From: Bacteroidales bacterium
GTDB taxonomy: Bacteria > Bacteroidota > Bacteroidia > Bacteroidales > VadinHA17
NCBI GenBank assembly: GCA_050014255.1
Contig: JBEKDR010000009.1
Location: 4,750-68,749, forward strand
Length of the DNA stretch: 64,000 nucleotides
Reading direction: 5' to 3'
Shown: piece by piece, positions 46,396-56,211 of the stretch
How positions within the stretch are numbered: the stretch's first letter is position 1
Layout: each line of letters opens with the position of its first letter
The notes under the pieces: generated by a model
The model's input: the letters and a program-made list of their open reading frames with translations, nothing else
What the model was told of the DNA's origin: nothing
The model's database searches: none
Translations under genes and position numbers: made by a program

Positions 46396-47673
46396 ATGTT
46401 CAGAATAGCAATTCTTATTTTGTTCTATTTTACATTTCCTCTGATAATCATCTATTTGTGTAAGAAGTGGTCCTTTCTTAAAAAGTTGGGATCAATTGTC
46501 TTGGCTTATGCATTTGGTCTTCTAATTGGATCAATTGGTATCTTACCAAGGGGCAGTTCCGGCTATCATCTTGCTCTTCAGGGCAGAGCTGCAATCCCCA
46601 GACCTGAACTTGAGACTTTAGTCAGGCAGGGAAAAGCAATTGAAAAGGATTATTATGTTAATCAAATAGCTCAAACCCAGGATCTAATTCCTTCAATCGT
46701 TATCCCACTAGCTTTCCCACTTTTGCTTTTTTCACTTAATATTAAGAAATGGTTACGATATGCCAAGATAGGATTAATTTCTGTGTGTTTGGCTCTGCTG
46801 TCAGGCTTGATAATGGTTCCAGTGGGTTTCTTTATTTTTAAAAATTCAATTCCTGAAAGTTGGAAACTGGCAGGTATGTTTGTAGGGATATATGCTGGAG
46901 GAACACCAAATTTTGTTGCTTTGAAGCTAGCACTTAATGTTGATCCGAACCTCTTTGTAATTGTAAGTACCTATGATATGATTGTAGGAGCAGTATTAAT
47001 CCTTTTTTTTATAACAATTGCTCCAAAACTTTTCAGATTGATACTTCCTCCATTCCAGAACGTACCGGATACAAATGAAAATTCAGATACTAGTTTTGCT
47101 GAGATTGAGACTGATTATGAAGATTATTCAGGTATGTTCAAAAAAAGCAGGATTTTACCCTTGTTAGGCGCCTTGGGTTTGTCTGTAGTAATATTTGCTG
47201 TCTCTTTCGGAATAAGCTTACTTCTGCCAAGAATTCCTCAAATGGTAGTGATTATTTTATCCATTACGACATTTGCTATTCTAGCATCGCTAATCAAATC
47301 GGTGAATACAATTGAAAAGACTTTTCAGCTTGGTATGTACCTGATTGTAGTTTTCTCACTTGCAGTTGCATCAATGGCTAACCTCAAAACAATGTTCGGT
47401 TTAGGGATGCTCAATCTAATTCTTTTTATATCATGGTGTTATTTCGGCTCACTGCTTTTACATCTAGTTCTTTCTATTATTTTCAGAATTGATGCTGATA
47501 ATTTCGTTATAACATCAGCTGCTTTTATTTTCTCTACGCCTTTTGTTCCCATGGTTGCCGGAGCATTAAAGAACAAAGATATCATCATAACAGGTATTAC
47601 GGGAGGCATAATAGGTTATATAGTAGGTAATTATCTCGGAATAGCACTGGCTTATTTTCTAAAAGGATTTTGA
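46396..47673 (+). CDS. DUF819-like multi-pass membrane protein
   Basis: 425 aa with about 12 TM segments in two halves separated by an acidic loop. The family name is from memory. Confidence 0.5.
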   Translation: MFRIAILILFYFTFPLIIIYLCKKWSFLKKLGSIVLAYAFGLLIGSIGILPRGSSGYHLALQGRAAIPRPELETLVRQGKAIEKDYYVNQIAQTQDLIPSIVIPLAFPLLLFSLNIKKWLRYAKIGLISVCLALLSGLIMVPVGFFIFKNSIPESWKLAGMFVGIYAGGTPNFVALKLALNVDPNLFVIVSTYDMIVGAVLILFFITIAPKLFRLILPPFQNVPDTNENSDTSFAEIETDYEDYSGMFKKSRILPLLGALGLSVVIFAVSFGISLLLPRIPQMVVIILSITTFAILASLIKSVNTIEKTFQLGMYLIVVFSLAVASMANLKTMFGLGMLNLILFISWCYFGSLLLHLVLSIIFRIDADNFVITSAAFIFSTPFVPMVAGALKNKDIIITGITGGIIGYIVGNYLGIALAYFLKGF

Positions 47674-47915
47674 CCACCTTAATACGGTTATTTTAAAACT
47701 GACATGCATAACTTAATTACAAACACTTTACTCCGGTCATATATGTTTAAGGACATCGGTTTTTACAGTCACTGAACCTTTTTGTTAGTTACAATATTAT
47801 GTCAGGCAACTCTATCATCATCCTTTAAGAGGAAGCTCTATGTGGTCATGAAAATTAATAAGACTGCATGGAAACAGATTGGTGATATTATGTGTTGAAT
47901 TGAGTTTGAAATCAT

Positions 47916-48158
47916 CTACTTCTGGTCTGTGTTTTCTTCAAAGTACTTGATCGCTTCACCAACAGTACTGATACTTGTAGCCTGGTCTTCAGTAATACCA
48001 ATGTTGAATTCTTTTTCAAACTCCATGATTAATTCAAGAGCGCTAAGAGAGTCAGCACCTAGATCATTTTTGAAACTGGCTTCCAGAGTTACTTCTGATT
48101 CGTCAACTCCTAATTTGTCAATGGTGATTTCTTTTACTCGTGAGGCAATGTCAGACAT
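47916..48158 (-). CDS. acpP: acyl carrier protein
   Basis: Start at [11 protein letters not shown]. Canonical [12 protein letters not shown] phosphopantetheine site. Confidence 0.9.
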   Translation of the reverse strand: MSDIASRVKEITIDKLGVDESEVTLEASFKNDLGADSLSALELIMEFEKEFNIGITEDQATSISTVGEAIKYFEENTDQK

Positions 48159-48492
48159 TTGCTTAATCAACACTTGTTTAAACTATTATGGAATCTTAAC
48201 AAACTATTTTTAGGCGAAAATATTCTTACTATTTAAATTAAAAGAAATGTTTGGAAATAATCATATATAGAATATGGCTGCAAATTATTGAAAATTTTGG
48301 AATTCCAGTGCGAGTTTAAAAACCCTATCTTAATTCAAAAGATAAAATATTCTAAGTATATTCAAACCCATAAAAATCTAAAAGGATTCATCATTATTTC
48401 CTGGTGATCCTTAAACAGATCAGGGTTGGTAGGTGCTGTTTTGAGGAATCAAAAATAAAAGTATTATTTAAATACCTTTAATAATTTTAAAT

Positions 48493-49889
48493 ATGATAAA
48501 CAGCCTCTTACAATCTACTTATAAAATTTCAAAAAAGACATTTCTTTTATTACTTTTATTTATGGTACCTATAGTGGCTTCTGCATCTGTAGGTAAGGTA
48601 CCATCAGTTGGACCGGTGAGGGTCGAATTCATAATATTTGGATTAATACTTTTAGGAGTTGCACTACTTCACAAACAGACTTTCTGGGTTGCGGTAATTG
48701 GATTAACAGTCCTGCTAATATTCAAATTTATCTTTGATCCGGGATTCCATTTTATTGAGCATGTGTTCGGACAAAATACTATGATTGAACAGCTCATGAA
48801 CAAAAATCTCAGACAGGGTGAATGGGGAATAATTTTGAATCTTCTGGGATTATTGCTTGGATTTGCAATTCTTGCAAAGATATTTGAAGAATCAGGTTTG
48901 CCGGAAGCTCTTCCTAAATTTCTTCCGAATGACTGGAGGGGCCCATTTATTCTTCTTGTATTTGTCTGTGTAATCTCCTCATTCCTCGATAATATTGTAG
49001 CTGCCCTGATTGGTGGAGCAATTGCTATTGTGATTTTTAAAAACAAAGTTCACATTGGTTTTATTGTTGCCATTGTAGCTGCCAGTAATGCCGTGGCAGT
49101 GGTAGTGTTGTTGGTGATACTACCACTACTATGATGTGGATTGACGGAGTTAGTGCATTGAATGTTCTTCACGGATTCGTTGTAGCACTAACAGCACTTG
49201 TCTTCTTTGGCTGGTTTGCTTCCCATCAGCAAGATAAATATCAGAGAATCCAAAAAGACCCCAACCTCGTTATTAAAATTGACTGGATAAAATTGCTGAT
49301 AGTTTTACTAATGCTTATTGGTGCAATTATTTCCAATTTCCTTTATGATATGCCTGCTCTCGGGGTATGGATAGCTATTCTGGTTGGAGCAATTTTCAGA
49401 CCTATTCCATGGAAAGAGGTGCCAGGTTCCATCAAAGGATCTGTTTTTCTTCTCTGCCTTGTATTCTGTGCTTCCCTGATGTCTGTTCAGGATCTGCCTA
49501 ATGCTTCCTGGGTAACAGCCCTTGGCCTTGGTTTTGTTTCATCTGTTGTTGACAATATCCCGTTAACCAAATTGTGTCTCGAGCAGGGTCACTATGACTG
49601 GGGTATGCTTGCATATACAATAGGTTTTGGCGGATCGATGATATGGTTCGGGTCATCTGCAGGTGTTGCAATTACAAACAAATTTCCAGAAGCACGCCAT
49701 GTGGGCCGCTGGGTAAAAAACGGCTGGCATGTTGCAGTGGCTTATATAATTGGTTTTACCGTATTATATCTTACTTTAGGATGGGAACCTGCTGATAACA
49801 GAGAACATAAGATTGTCAATTGTCCTGTACCTGGTTGTCCAATGGCGAATAAACATGAGGTTCTAAATAAAGTGGGTATAAAACAGTAA
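48493..49889 (+). pseudogene. NhaD/ArsB-superfamily cation antiporter gene split by a 1-nt frameshift
   Basis: ORFs 48493..49134 and 49131..49889 are both all-TM. The second frame is open from 49089 and reads RGSGSVVGDTTTTMMW, continuing the ..VAASNA of the first. The two sum to about 465 aa. Confidence 0.7.
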
Positions 49890-50233
49890 GCTATGACATG
49901 ATTTCCAGAGACTTAATTCTCACTTCAGTGAACATCATAAAGTCATTTATGGCTATTAGTTTTGTACATCACTATTTAAAAACGTTTTTATTCCTTATCT
50001 CTGAAATATTGATGTAGCCCTGGTTGGAGGTATTATATTTGCTCAGCCACTCAATTTGATTATTCTTATGAAAACTAAAGGTTTGCTATTTTACAATTTT
50101 ATAAATCTTAGTACTGAAAATCAGGTTTAATTAAAATCAAAAGAACCTAATTTTAGACGTTTTTATGAAACAAAAGTTCCCAGTGACCGTTTAATTAATT
50201 AAATGGGGATTTTCTTACTAATTCATAATAATC

Positions 50234-51511
50234 ATGAAAATCAAATATTCTTTTATTCTTTTATTATCGTTTACATTATTAATGGGATGTAAAAAAAGCA
50301 ACGAGCCTACTACTACGGGAATAGTCTCAGGCACAGTTACAGATGCTTCAACTGCCGCTTTAATTCCAAGTGCACTTGTTTTGGTTTTTGATGCCAATAC
50401 TAATGCTCCGGCTGCAAATAGTATTTTTACGAGCAGCAATGGTTCATATTCTTTTGACATCACTCCGGGCAGTTATTATATAAAGCTGTCAAAACTTGGA
50501 TATGAGAATCTTCCGCCTGCTAATATTATAGCAGTACCCTTTACAGTTGTTTTACAGCAGACAGTCACAATGGATTTCCAAATGAATCCATTGACAACTA
50601 CAGGTCTGGGAACAATTTCAGGACAAGTTACTAAATCATCAAATCCTGCTACGGGGGTTTTGGTTGTTGCTTCAGGCACTTCGGCTGGTTATTCTTCTGT
50701 AACTGATAAAAATGGAAATTACTGGATTTATAACGTTCCTGCAGGAACTTATACGGTGAAAGCATGGGAATCAGGATATAATTCATCATCTGCAAATGTC
50801 GCTCTTGCTTCAGCAGGAAACAGCCAGAATAATAATCTTACACTCGATTCAGGTGCTTCTGGAAGTGTAACAGGTTCTATTACTTTTCTTGCCACTACGA
50901 ACATAGAAGTTGATGTTTCACTTGTTAATCCCCAGACGAAAGAAACAATACCAGGTCTGACAACCATTACTTCAGGTGGAAACTATACAATATCCAATGT
51001 TCCGACTGGTAATTATATTGCCAGGGCAAGCTATGCAAATGACGGAAAGGTTGTAGACCCTGATTGGATTCTTAAAAATGGAGAACCCATGGTTACTGTC
51101 AGCACATCAGCTGTAACTTTAAATTTCAGTGTTACAGGTGCAGTTACCCTTGCAAGTCCGACAAATGCTGCAGCATCAACATTACCTTATGCAATAAACA
51201 CAACAACTCCAATTTTTAGTTGGTCGGCATACTCCAGTGCAGATGATTATGTTATCGAAGTAAGCGATGTTAACGGGAATGCAATCTGGGGCGGATTTAG
51301 TAGTAGCGGGACAGTAAAAAACATCACCGTACCAAAAACAACGACATTTATCATGTATAATAGTGATGGGCAGGCAACACAGGCGCTTCAAAACGAACAC
51401 ATTTACAGATGGAGAATTTTTGCGAGTAAAGATGACAGCAGTGACCCAAGAGGCTGGAAGATTATTTCTGTAAGTGAAGAGCAAGAGGGACTGATTAAGG
51501 TAGTTCTATAA
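50234..51511 (+). CDS. lipoprotein with repeated carboxypeptidase-regulatory-like (Ig-like) domains
   Basis: Lipobox LLMGC. Three GxVTD../..Y.I.N.P.G.Y.. repeats. Confidence 0.6.
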   Translation: MKIKYSFILLLSFTLLMGCKKSNEPTTTGIVSGTVTDASTAALIPSALVLVFDANTNAPAANSIFTSSNGSYSFDITPGSYYIKLSKLGYENLPPANIIAVPFTVVLQQTVTMDFQMNPLTTTGLGTISGQVTKSSNPATGVLVVASGTSAGYSSVTDKNGNYWIYNVPAGTYTVKAWESGYNSSSANVALASAGNSQNNNLTLDSGASGSVTGSITFLATTNIEVDVSLVNPQTKETIPGLTTITSGGNYTISNVPTGNYIARASYANDGKVVDPDWILKNGEPMVTVSTSAVTLNFSVTGAVTLASPTNAAASTLPYAINTTTPIFSWSAYSSADDYVIEVSDVNGNAIWGGFSSSGTVKNITVPKTTTFIMYNSDGQATQALQNEHIYRWRIFASKDDSSDPRGWKIISVSEEQEGLIKVVL

Positions 51512-51828
51512 AGAAATTAATTCAGTAAGATATTTAGCCAGTTACATGAGTTTTGTGGAATAGTTTTTTTATTTATTTTGACAATATCATCCATATCTTA
51601 ATTAATCTTTGGTTAGATACTTTAATATTTAAATACCCCTATGCTCTGACCACAGGTTTACAAAAGTAAGTTTCTCTTTCTATTGATTTTTCTCATATTA
51701 ATAAAACTTCAATCAGAATTCAGGTTCTTTTAATATTGTTGCCAGATCCCGACGCCCAAATCGTCGTTGAACGTAGTAAAACCAGAAACCTTGTTTACAT
51801 TTAAAAACCGAGCATCTTGAAAACTTTT

Positions 51829-51935
51829 TGCCAGTTAGATTACACTTAACATATATAATTAAACAATAAGTATTTAATGCCAGCTTTGAATGGTCAATTT
51901 TTTCCAACCAACTATGGTCAATGTCGCTGGCTTAA
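51829..51935 (+). repeat. R element copy R3
   Basis: TGCCAGTTAGATTACACTTAACATATATAATTAAACAATAAGTATTTAAT..CCAACCAACTATGGTCAATGTCGCTGGCTTAAC aligns along the full length of R2. Confidence 0.7.
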
Positions 51936-51969
51936 CTAACATAGTGTAAAATCTATTTAATTTATTATT

Positions 51970-52506
51970 TTAATAATGTACACTTGTTATTATTTTTATA
52001 CCAGAATCTTCTAAAAGTTTTCTACCTTTAAGATCATCTAGTTCAATTAAAAAATAAAATGCAGTTACTTTTCCACCTAAAGTTTCAATAATGTTGCGAA
52101 CGGCTTTTGCTGATCCACCAGTAGCTATAAGATCATCAACTATAAGTACTGTATCATCTTTTTGAATATCGGACACTTGAATACATAAAGTATTTTCTCC
52201 ATATTCCAATGAATATTTCATTTGAAAAGTTTCTCCAGGAAGTTTACCAGGTTTTCTTGCTAATACAAGAGGTCTTCCGTAAACATAGGCAAACAAAGCT
52301 CCTAATATAAATCCTCGTGATTCAATTGCTACAATTTTATTAAATTTTAAATCATTATTATCAACTGATTCATCTATTTCTTCTCTGACTAATGTCATTC
52401 CTGAATCACTATTAATAAGAGAAGTTATATCTCTAAATATTATTCCTTTTTGCGGAAAATCAGGAATATTTTTAATCAAACTTTTTATTTTTTCTACTCT
52501 TGTCAT
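51970..52506 (-). CDS. apt: adenine phosphoribosyltransferase
   Basis: 178 aa. PDFPQKGIIFRDIT and the PRPP loop VLIVDDLIATGGS. Confidence 0.85.
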   Translation of the reverse strand: MTRVEKIKSLIKNIPDFPQKGIIFRDITSLINSDSGMTLVREEIDESVDNNDLKFNKIVAIESRGFILGALFAYVYGRPLVLARKPGKLPGETFQMKYSLEYGENTLCIQVSDIQKDDTVLIVDDLIATGGSAKAVRNIIETLGGKVTAFYFLIELDDLKGRKLLEDSGIKIITSVHY

Positions 52507-52715
52507 ATTGCTTTAATTATCCTACATGTTTTTTCATCTTCTATAATAATTTCATATTCTAAATTTAAATCTAAAGGTTCAGGATCTATGTACCATCCAT
52601 GATTTAAATGAAAAGCATCATCCGATAATTTCCATGCATTTTTTGCATATAAATAATCTCCATTTTCATTTATAGCATATACTTTATTGTCTTTGGATAT
52701 AATTTTACTTTTCAT
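52503..52715 (-). CDS. hypothetical 70-aa protein, stop overlapping the apt start (ATGA)
   Basis: ORF only; no recognisable motif. Very AT-rich. Confidence 0.35.
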   Translation of the reverse strand: MKSKIISKDNKVYAINENGDYLYAKNAWKLSDDAFHLNHGWYIDPEPLDLNLEYEIIIEDEKTCRIIKAI

Positions 52716-53474
52716 TATTTAGGTCATTTTAGTAATTTTTATTATGTGATAATTACAAACTAAATTTCAAGGATCAGGGTTCATGACCATCATTATTCCA
52801 ACTTCACCATACCTTGATTTCCATCCTTTCCCATTATTGTTCCAAATTGCAGACATCTTCTGTTTCAAACCATTTTTATTTATTGTCTTATCTTCATCAC
52901 CAGTTATTTAAAACATGAAATAATTTTCTTTTAGAAATTTCAATAATTGATTCGGGGTCTTAATCCAAGATTTTTTTATCTCTTGTATTACCATTGTATT
53001 CGGGAAAGCATGGTCAAGTGTCATATTCTTTGATTTAAGCGCTGTTCCAGATAATGCTAATTTATTAAATTCATCAGAGATACCAAAATAAAATCCTTCA
53101 TTTTCAGGTATTCAAATATGTCATTAACTAATTATCTTAAGTGTTGCTCGCGAACATCCTTATGCATTGTTGTCATAATAAGTTGTGTAGCCAGACTGCC
53201 TATTTTAAGTACAGGGAGTCACCTGGCTAATCCGGTCTGGATAGACACGAATTATGCTCTGCTATTGTTTACGATGAAATAATAGGAATGTTACATAAAA
53301 CACTATAAAACAATCTATTAAATAGTAGGTTTCTAATAGCAATTTACTTTTAACCTATATATATCAAATTATCAATTATGCAACTCTACTGCTTGCGATT
53401 TTGAGAAGAACAAAATAAAGTTGCTTATAGCATAAGTAAGGTTTAATTTTGATAATGAAATAAATAGACCTCTG

Positions 53475-53588
53475 ATGTCATGTATTATTGAAGGATTTAA
53501 TTATGACATCTTCATCAGCTACCGCCAGAAAGACAACAAAGGCGACAGGTGGGTAAGTGAGTTTAAGCGTAATCTATTAAATCTGTGA
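53475..53588 (+). pseudogene. TIR-domain protein gene, N-terminal 37-codon stub
   Basis: MSCIIEGFNYDIFISYRQKDNKGDRWVSEF.. is the characteristic start of Bacteroidota TIR-domain proteins. The stop comes 3 nt before the next gene. Confidence 0.55.
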
Positions 53589-53591
53589 AAT

Positions 53592-54272
53592 ATGAAACTA
53601 GAAATCTTTCGGATCAAGCTTGGTCTGAACAGTTGTTATCTCATCCGTGGTAAAGATGTTGTGATGGTTGATGGCGGCATGCCAGATAAGTTAAAATTAT
53701 TTAAAAGTGAGCTTTTAAAACTTGAAATTCAACCATCTGAGATCAAATTAATTGTGCTAACACATTCGCACTTTGATCATTGCGGATCAGCCCGTGAAAT
53801 CCGTAATTTGACCGGTGCAAAGGTTGCTATTCATGAAAGTGAGAAAACCTATCTAGAAAATGGTGGTATGTTAATTCCAAAAGGGGTAAATATTTATGGT
53901 AAAATTACCCAGCCATTGCTTTTCCCATTTTTTAAGAAGATCTCTTTCCCAAAGTTTATTCCTGATATTCTGATCACAGACAAGCCCTATTCCCTTTCAA
54001 TGTATGGAATTGATGGAAACATTATTTATACACCGGGACACACAAAAGGATCAATAAGTGTTATTCTTGATTCAGGAGAAGGATTTGTCGGCTGTATGGC
54101 TCATAATGGGTTACCATTCAGAATCCATCCGGGTCTGCCAATATATGCACAGGATATCGAATCAGTTAAGAAATGCTGGAAAATATTGATTGACAAAGGT
54201 GTAAAAATGATTTATCCTGGTCATGGAAAGCCCTTTCCTGCGGAAGTCATGAAAAAATCGCTTGGATACTAA
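53592..54272 (+). CDS. MBL-fold metallo-hydrolase
   Basis: HSHFDHCG (HxHxDH) motif, plus downstream His (TPGHTKGS) and PGHG. Confidence 0.85.
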   Translation: MKLEIFRIKLGLNSCYLIRGKDVVMVDGGMPDKLKLFKSELLKLEIQPSEIKLIVLTHSHFDHCGSAREIRNLTGAKVAIHESEKTYLENGGMLIPKGVNIYGKITQPLLFPFFKKISFPKFIPDILITDKPYSLSMYGIDGNIIYTPGHTKGSISVILDSGEGFVGCMAHNGLPFRIHPGLPIYAQDIESVKKCWKILIDKGVKMIYPGHGKPFPAEVMKKSLGY

Positions 54273-54547
54273 TAATAGAAGTATTAATAATCAGTTTCAA
54301 AAGCCGTACAATCTGACCACATTTGGCTTGCCAGATTGCATTTAACATAGTTCTGAAATTTGATATCCGGAGGATTGAGTATATTGCATTTAATAATGGG
54401 GGAAATCAATATTTTTGTTTGGAGAAATGAAAACAGGCGAAACTCATATTTTACCTACTGGCAATATTCCAGAGTTTCTTTTTGCCCTGACGGAATGCTT
54501 AAGATAAGAGGAAGGGGATTGTTTCAAAACAAGAATAAATGGGTCAG

Positions 54548-54778
54548 TTATTCCTCAATTGAACCTCTTAGCAATTCTTTTGCTTTAAGCCAGTCATCTT
54601 CTGAAGTTCCATGTTCCCCACAGGCAATACGCTCGTGATAGATTTCCTTTGCTTTTTTACGAATCTCTTCTTCACTCGGTCCGGATTTACTGGTGGAAAC
54701 TTTCTCGCTCTTTACTGCTTCCCTAGACTCAGAAGTTTTCTTTGGTCTGTTAACTGCCTTCGTTTTTGAAGTTTTCAT
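54548..54778 (-). CDS. DUF2934-like small protein
   Basis: 76 aa with a basic N-terminus. C-terminal EEIRKKAKEIYHER....GTSEDDWLKAKELL. Confidence 0.6.
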   Translation of the reverse strand: MKTSKTKAVNRPKKTSESREAVKSEKVSTSKSGPSEEEIRKKAKEIYHERIACGEHGTSEDDWLKAKELLRGSIEE

Positions 54779-55311
54779 AATCCCATTTTTTATCCTATTA
54801 AAACTATTGCTTTATATGCGTCAAATTTACATTAATAATTCATCATTAAATAATATAACCTAATCAATTATATTAAGATTAGGTTAAAGCTATAAAGCTT
54901 ATAAAATTTATCAATAATATGCTTAAGCAATCAGTTTTTCCACACCTTAATCAGATCAATTCAGATAACTTCATGCAAGAAATAATAGATATTGTGCATA
55001 TTACTGTCATATTGAACACCCTCTTTCAGTTTAATATACGCAGTCAGTATGTATCTAAATTAAGTAACATTAACTAATATTTTCAAATGAATTGAATGTA
55101 ACATCATAAATTTTCTCACCTTTTATAGACATTTGGTCATTGGTTAAGGATAAATTTAATTTAAAACATTCTGCCGGCACAATTCATATACAATGATTCC
55201 ATAAATAAGCAGGATTAACAAATCCCTAAGAGGAAATGGATTTTTTCCACAATAAATGGTACCTTTATAAAGGATTTTACGTACAGATCATAAGCCTAAA
55301 TCCCCCTTAAA

Positions 55312-56175
55312 ATGCGGCAATTTAAAATCAACAATCAGGTTACAAACAGGGAGAATTCATTTCTTGACAAGTACCTGTATGAGATTGCCAAGATTAAGCT
55401 GATTACTGCAGAAGAAGAGGCTGATCTTGCCATAAGAATACACAAGGGGGACCTTAATGCACGAGATCGTTTGATAAATGCGAATCTCAGATTTGTTATA
55501 TCTGTCGCAAAGCAGTATCAGAATCTGGGCTTGAGTCTTGCGGATTTGATCAATGAGGGAAATCTTGGTTTGATCAAAGCGGCACAACGATTTGACGAAA
55601 CAATGGGTTTTAAATTTATATCATATGCCGTTTGGTGGATCAGACAAGCTATTATGAAGGCCCTATCAGAAAATACAAGAATTGTACGGCTCCCACTAAA
55701 CAGAATGAGTCATATTTATAAAATAAAAAAGATCAAGGCTGAACTTGAACAAAAGTATGAAAGAGAGCCAACTATCCTTGATATTACACAGGCATTAGAG
55801 CTACCTCCTGCTGATGTAACATTAGCTATAAAAAACGGTGGGAGGTATATTTCAATGGATGCCCCGCTTGTACAAGGTGAAGAAGAGAGCATGTATGATG
55901 TTTTATTAAGTGAAGATGCTTCCAGCCCTGATAAAGAATTGCTAACAGATTCATTAAGGAAAGACATTGATAGGATCCTTAATAAATTGACTCTAAGAGA
56001 AGCTGGCATTATCAGATTTTTTTTTGGATTAAATGGCAAACACACCCACACACTTAAAGAAATTAGTGAGGAATTTGATTTGACTAAAGAAAGGGTCAGA
56101 CAAATAAAAGAAAGGGCGATCAAAAGATTAAAGTATACTACGGTATGTAAAGTATTAAAGACCTACTTGGGTTAA
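55312..56175 (+). CDS. rpoD: primary RNA polymerase sigma factor (short Bacteroidota RpoD type)
   Basis: 287 aa. Region 2 is LRFVISVAKQYQN.GLSL.DLINEGNLGLIKAAQRFD and YAVWWIRQAI. Region 4 is TLKEISEEFDLTKERVRQIKERAIKRL. Confidence 0.9.
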   Translation: MRQFKINNQVTNRENSFLDKYLYEIAKIKLITAEEEADLAIRIHKGDLNARDRLINANLRFVISVAKQYQNLGLSLADLINEGNLGLIKAAQRFDETMGFKFISYAVWWIRQAIMKALSENTRIVRLPLNRMSHIYKIKKIKAELEQKYEREPTILDITQALELPPADVTLAIKNGGRYISMDAPLVQGEEESMYDVLLSEDASSPDKELLTDSLRKDIDRILNKLTLREAGIIRFFFGLNGKHTHTLKEISEEFDLTKERVRQIKERAIKRLKYTTVCKVLKTYLG

Positions 56176-56211
56176 CTTATAGAGAAACAAATTGATTATA
56201 TTCATTTATTT

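Noticed and set aside
49131-49889. Second antiporter ORF as a separate gene.
   Set aside because: Its frame is open 42 nt upstream into ORF1 and continues the same protein. A 1-nt indel explains the split.
49927-50035. Possible extra S-like copy (AGTGAACATCA ... CCTGGTTGGAGGTATTA).
   Set aside because: It is about 26 nt longer than the other copies, the middle boxes are absent, and the match to the end boxes is weak.
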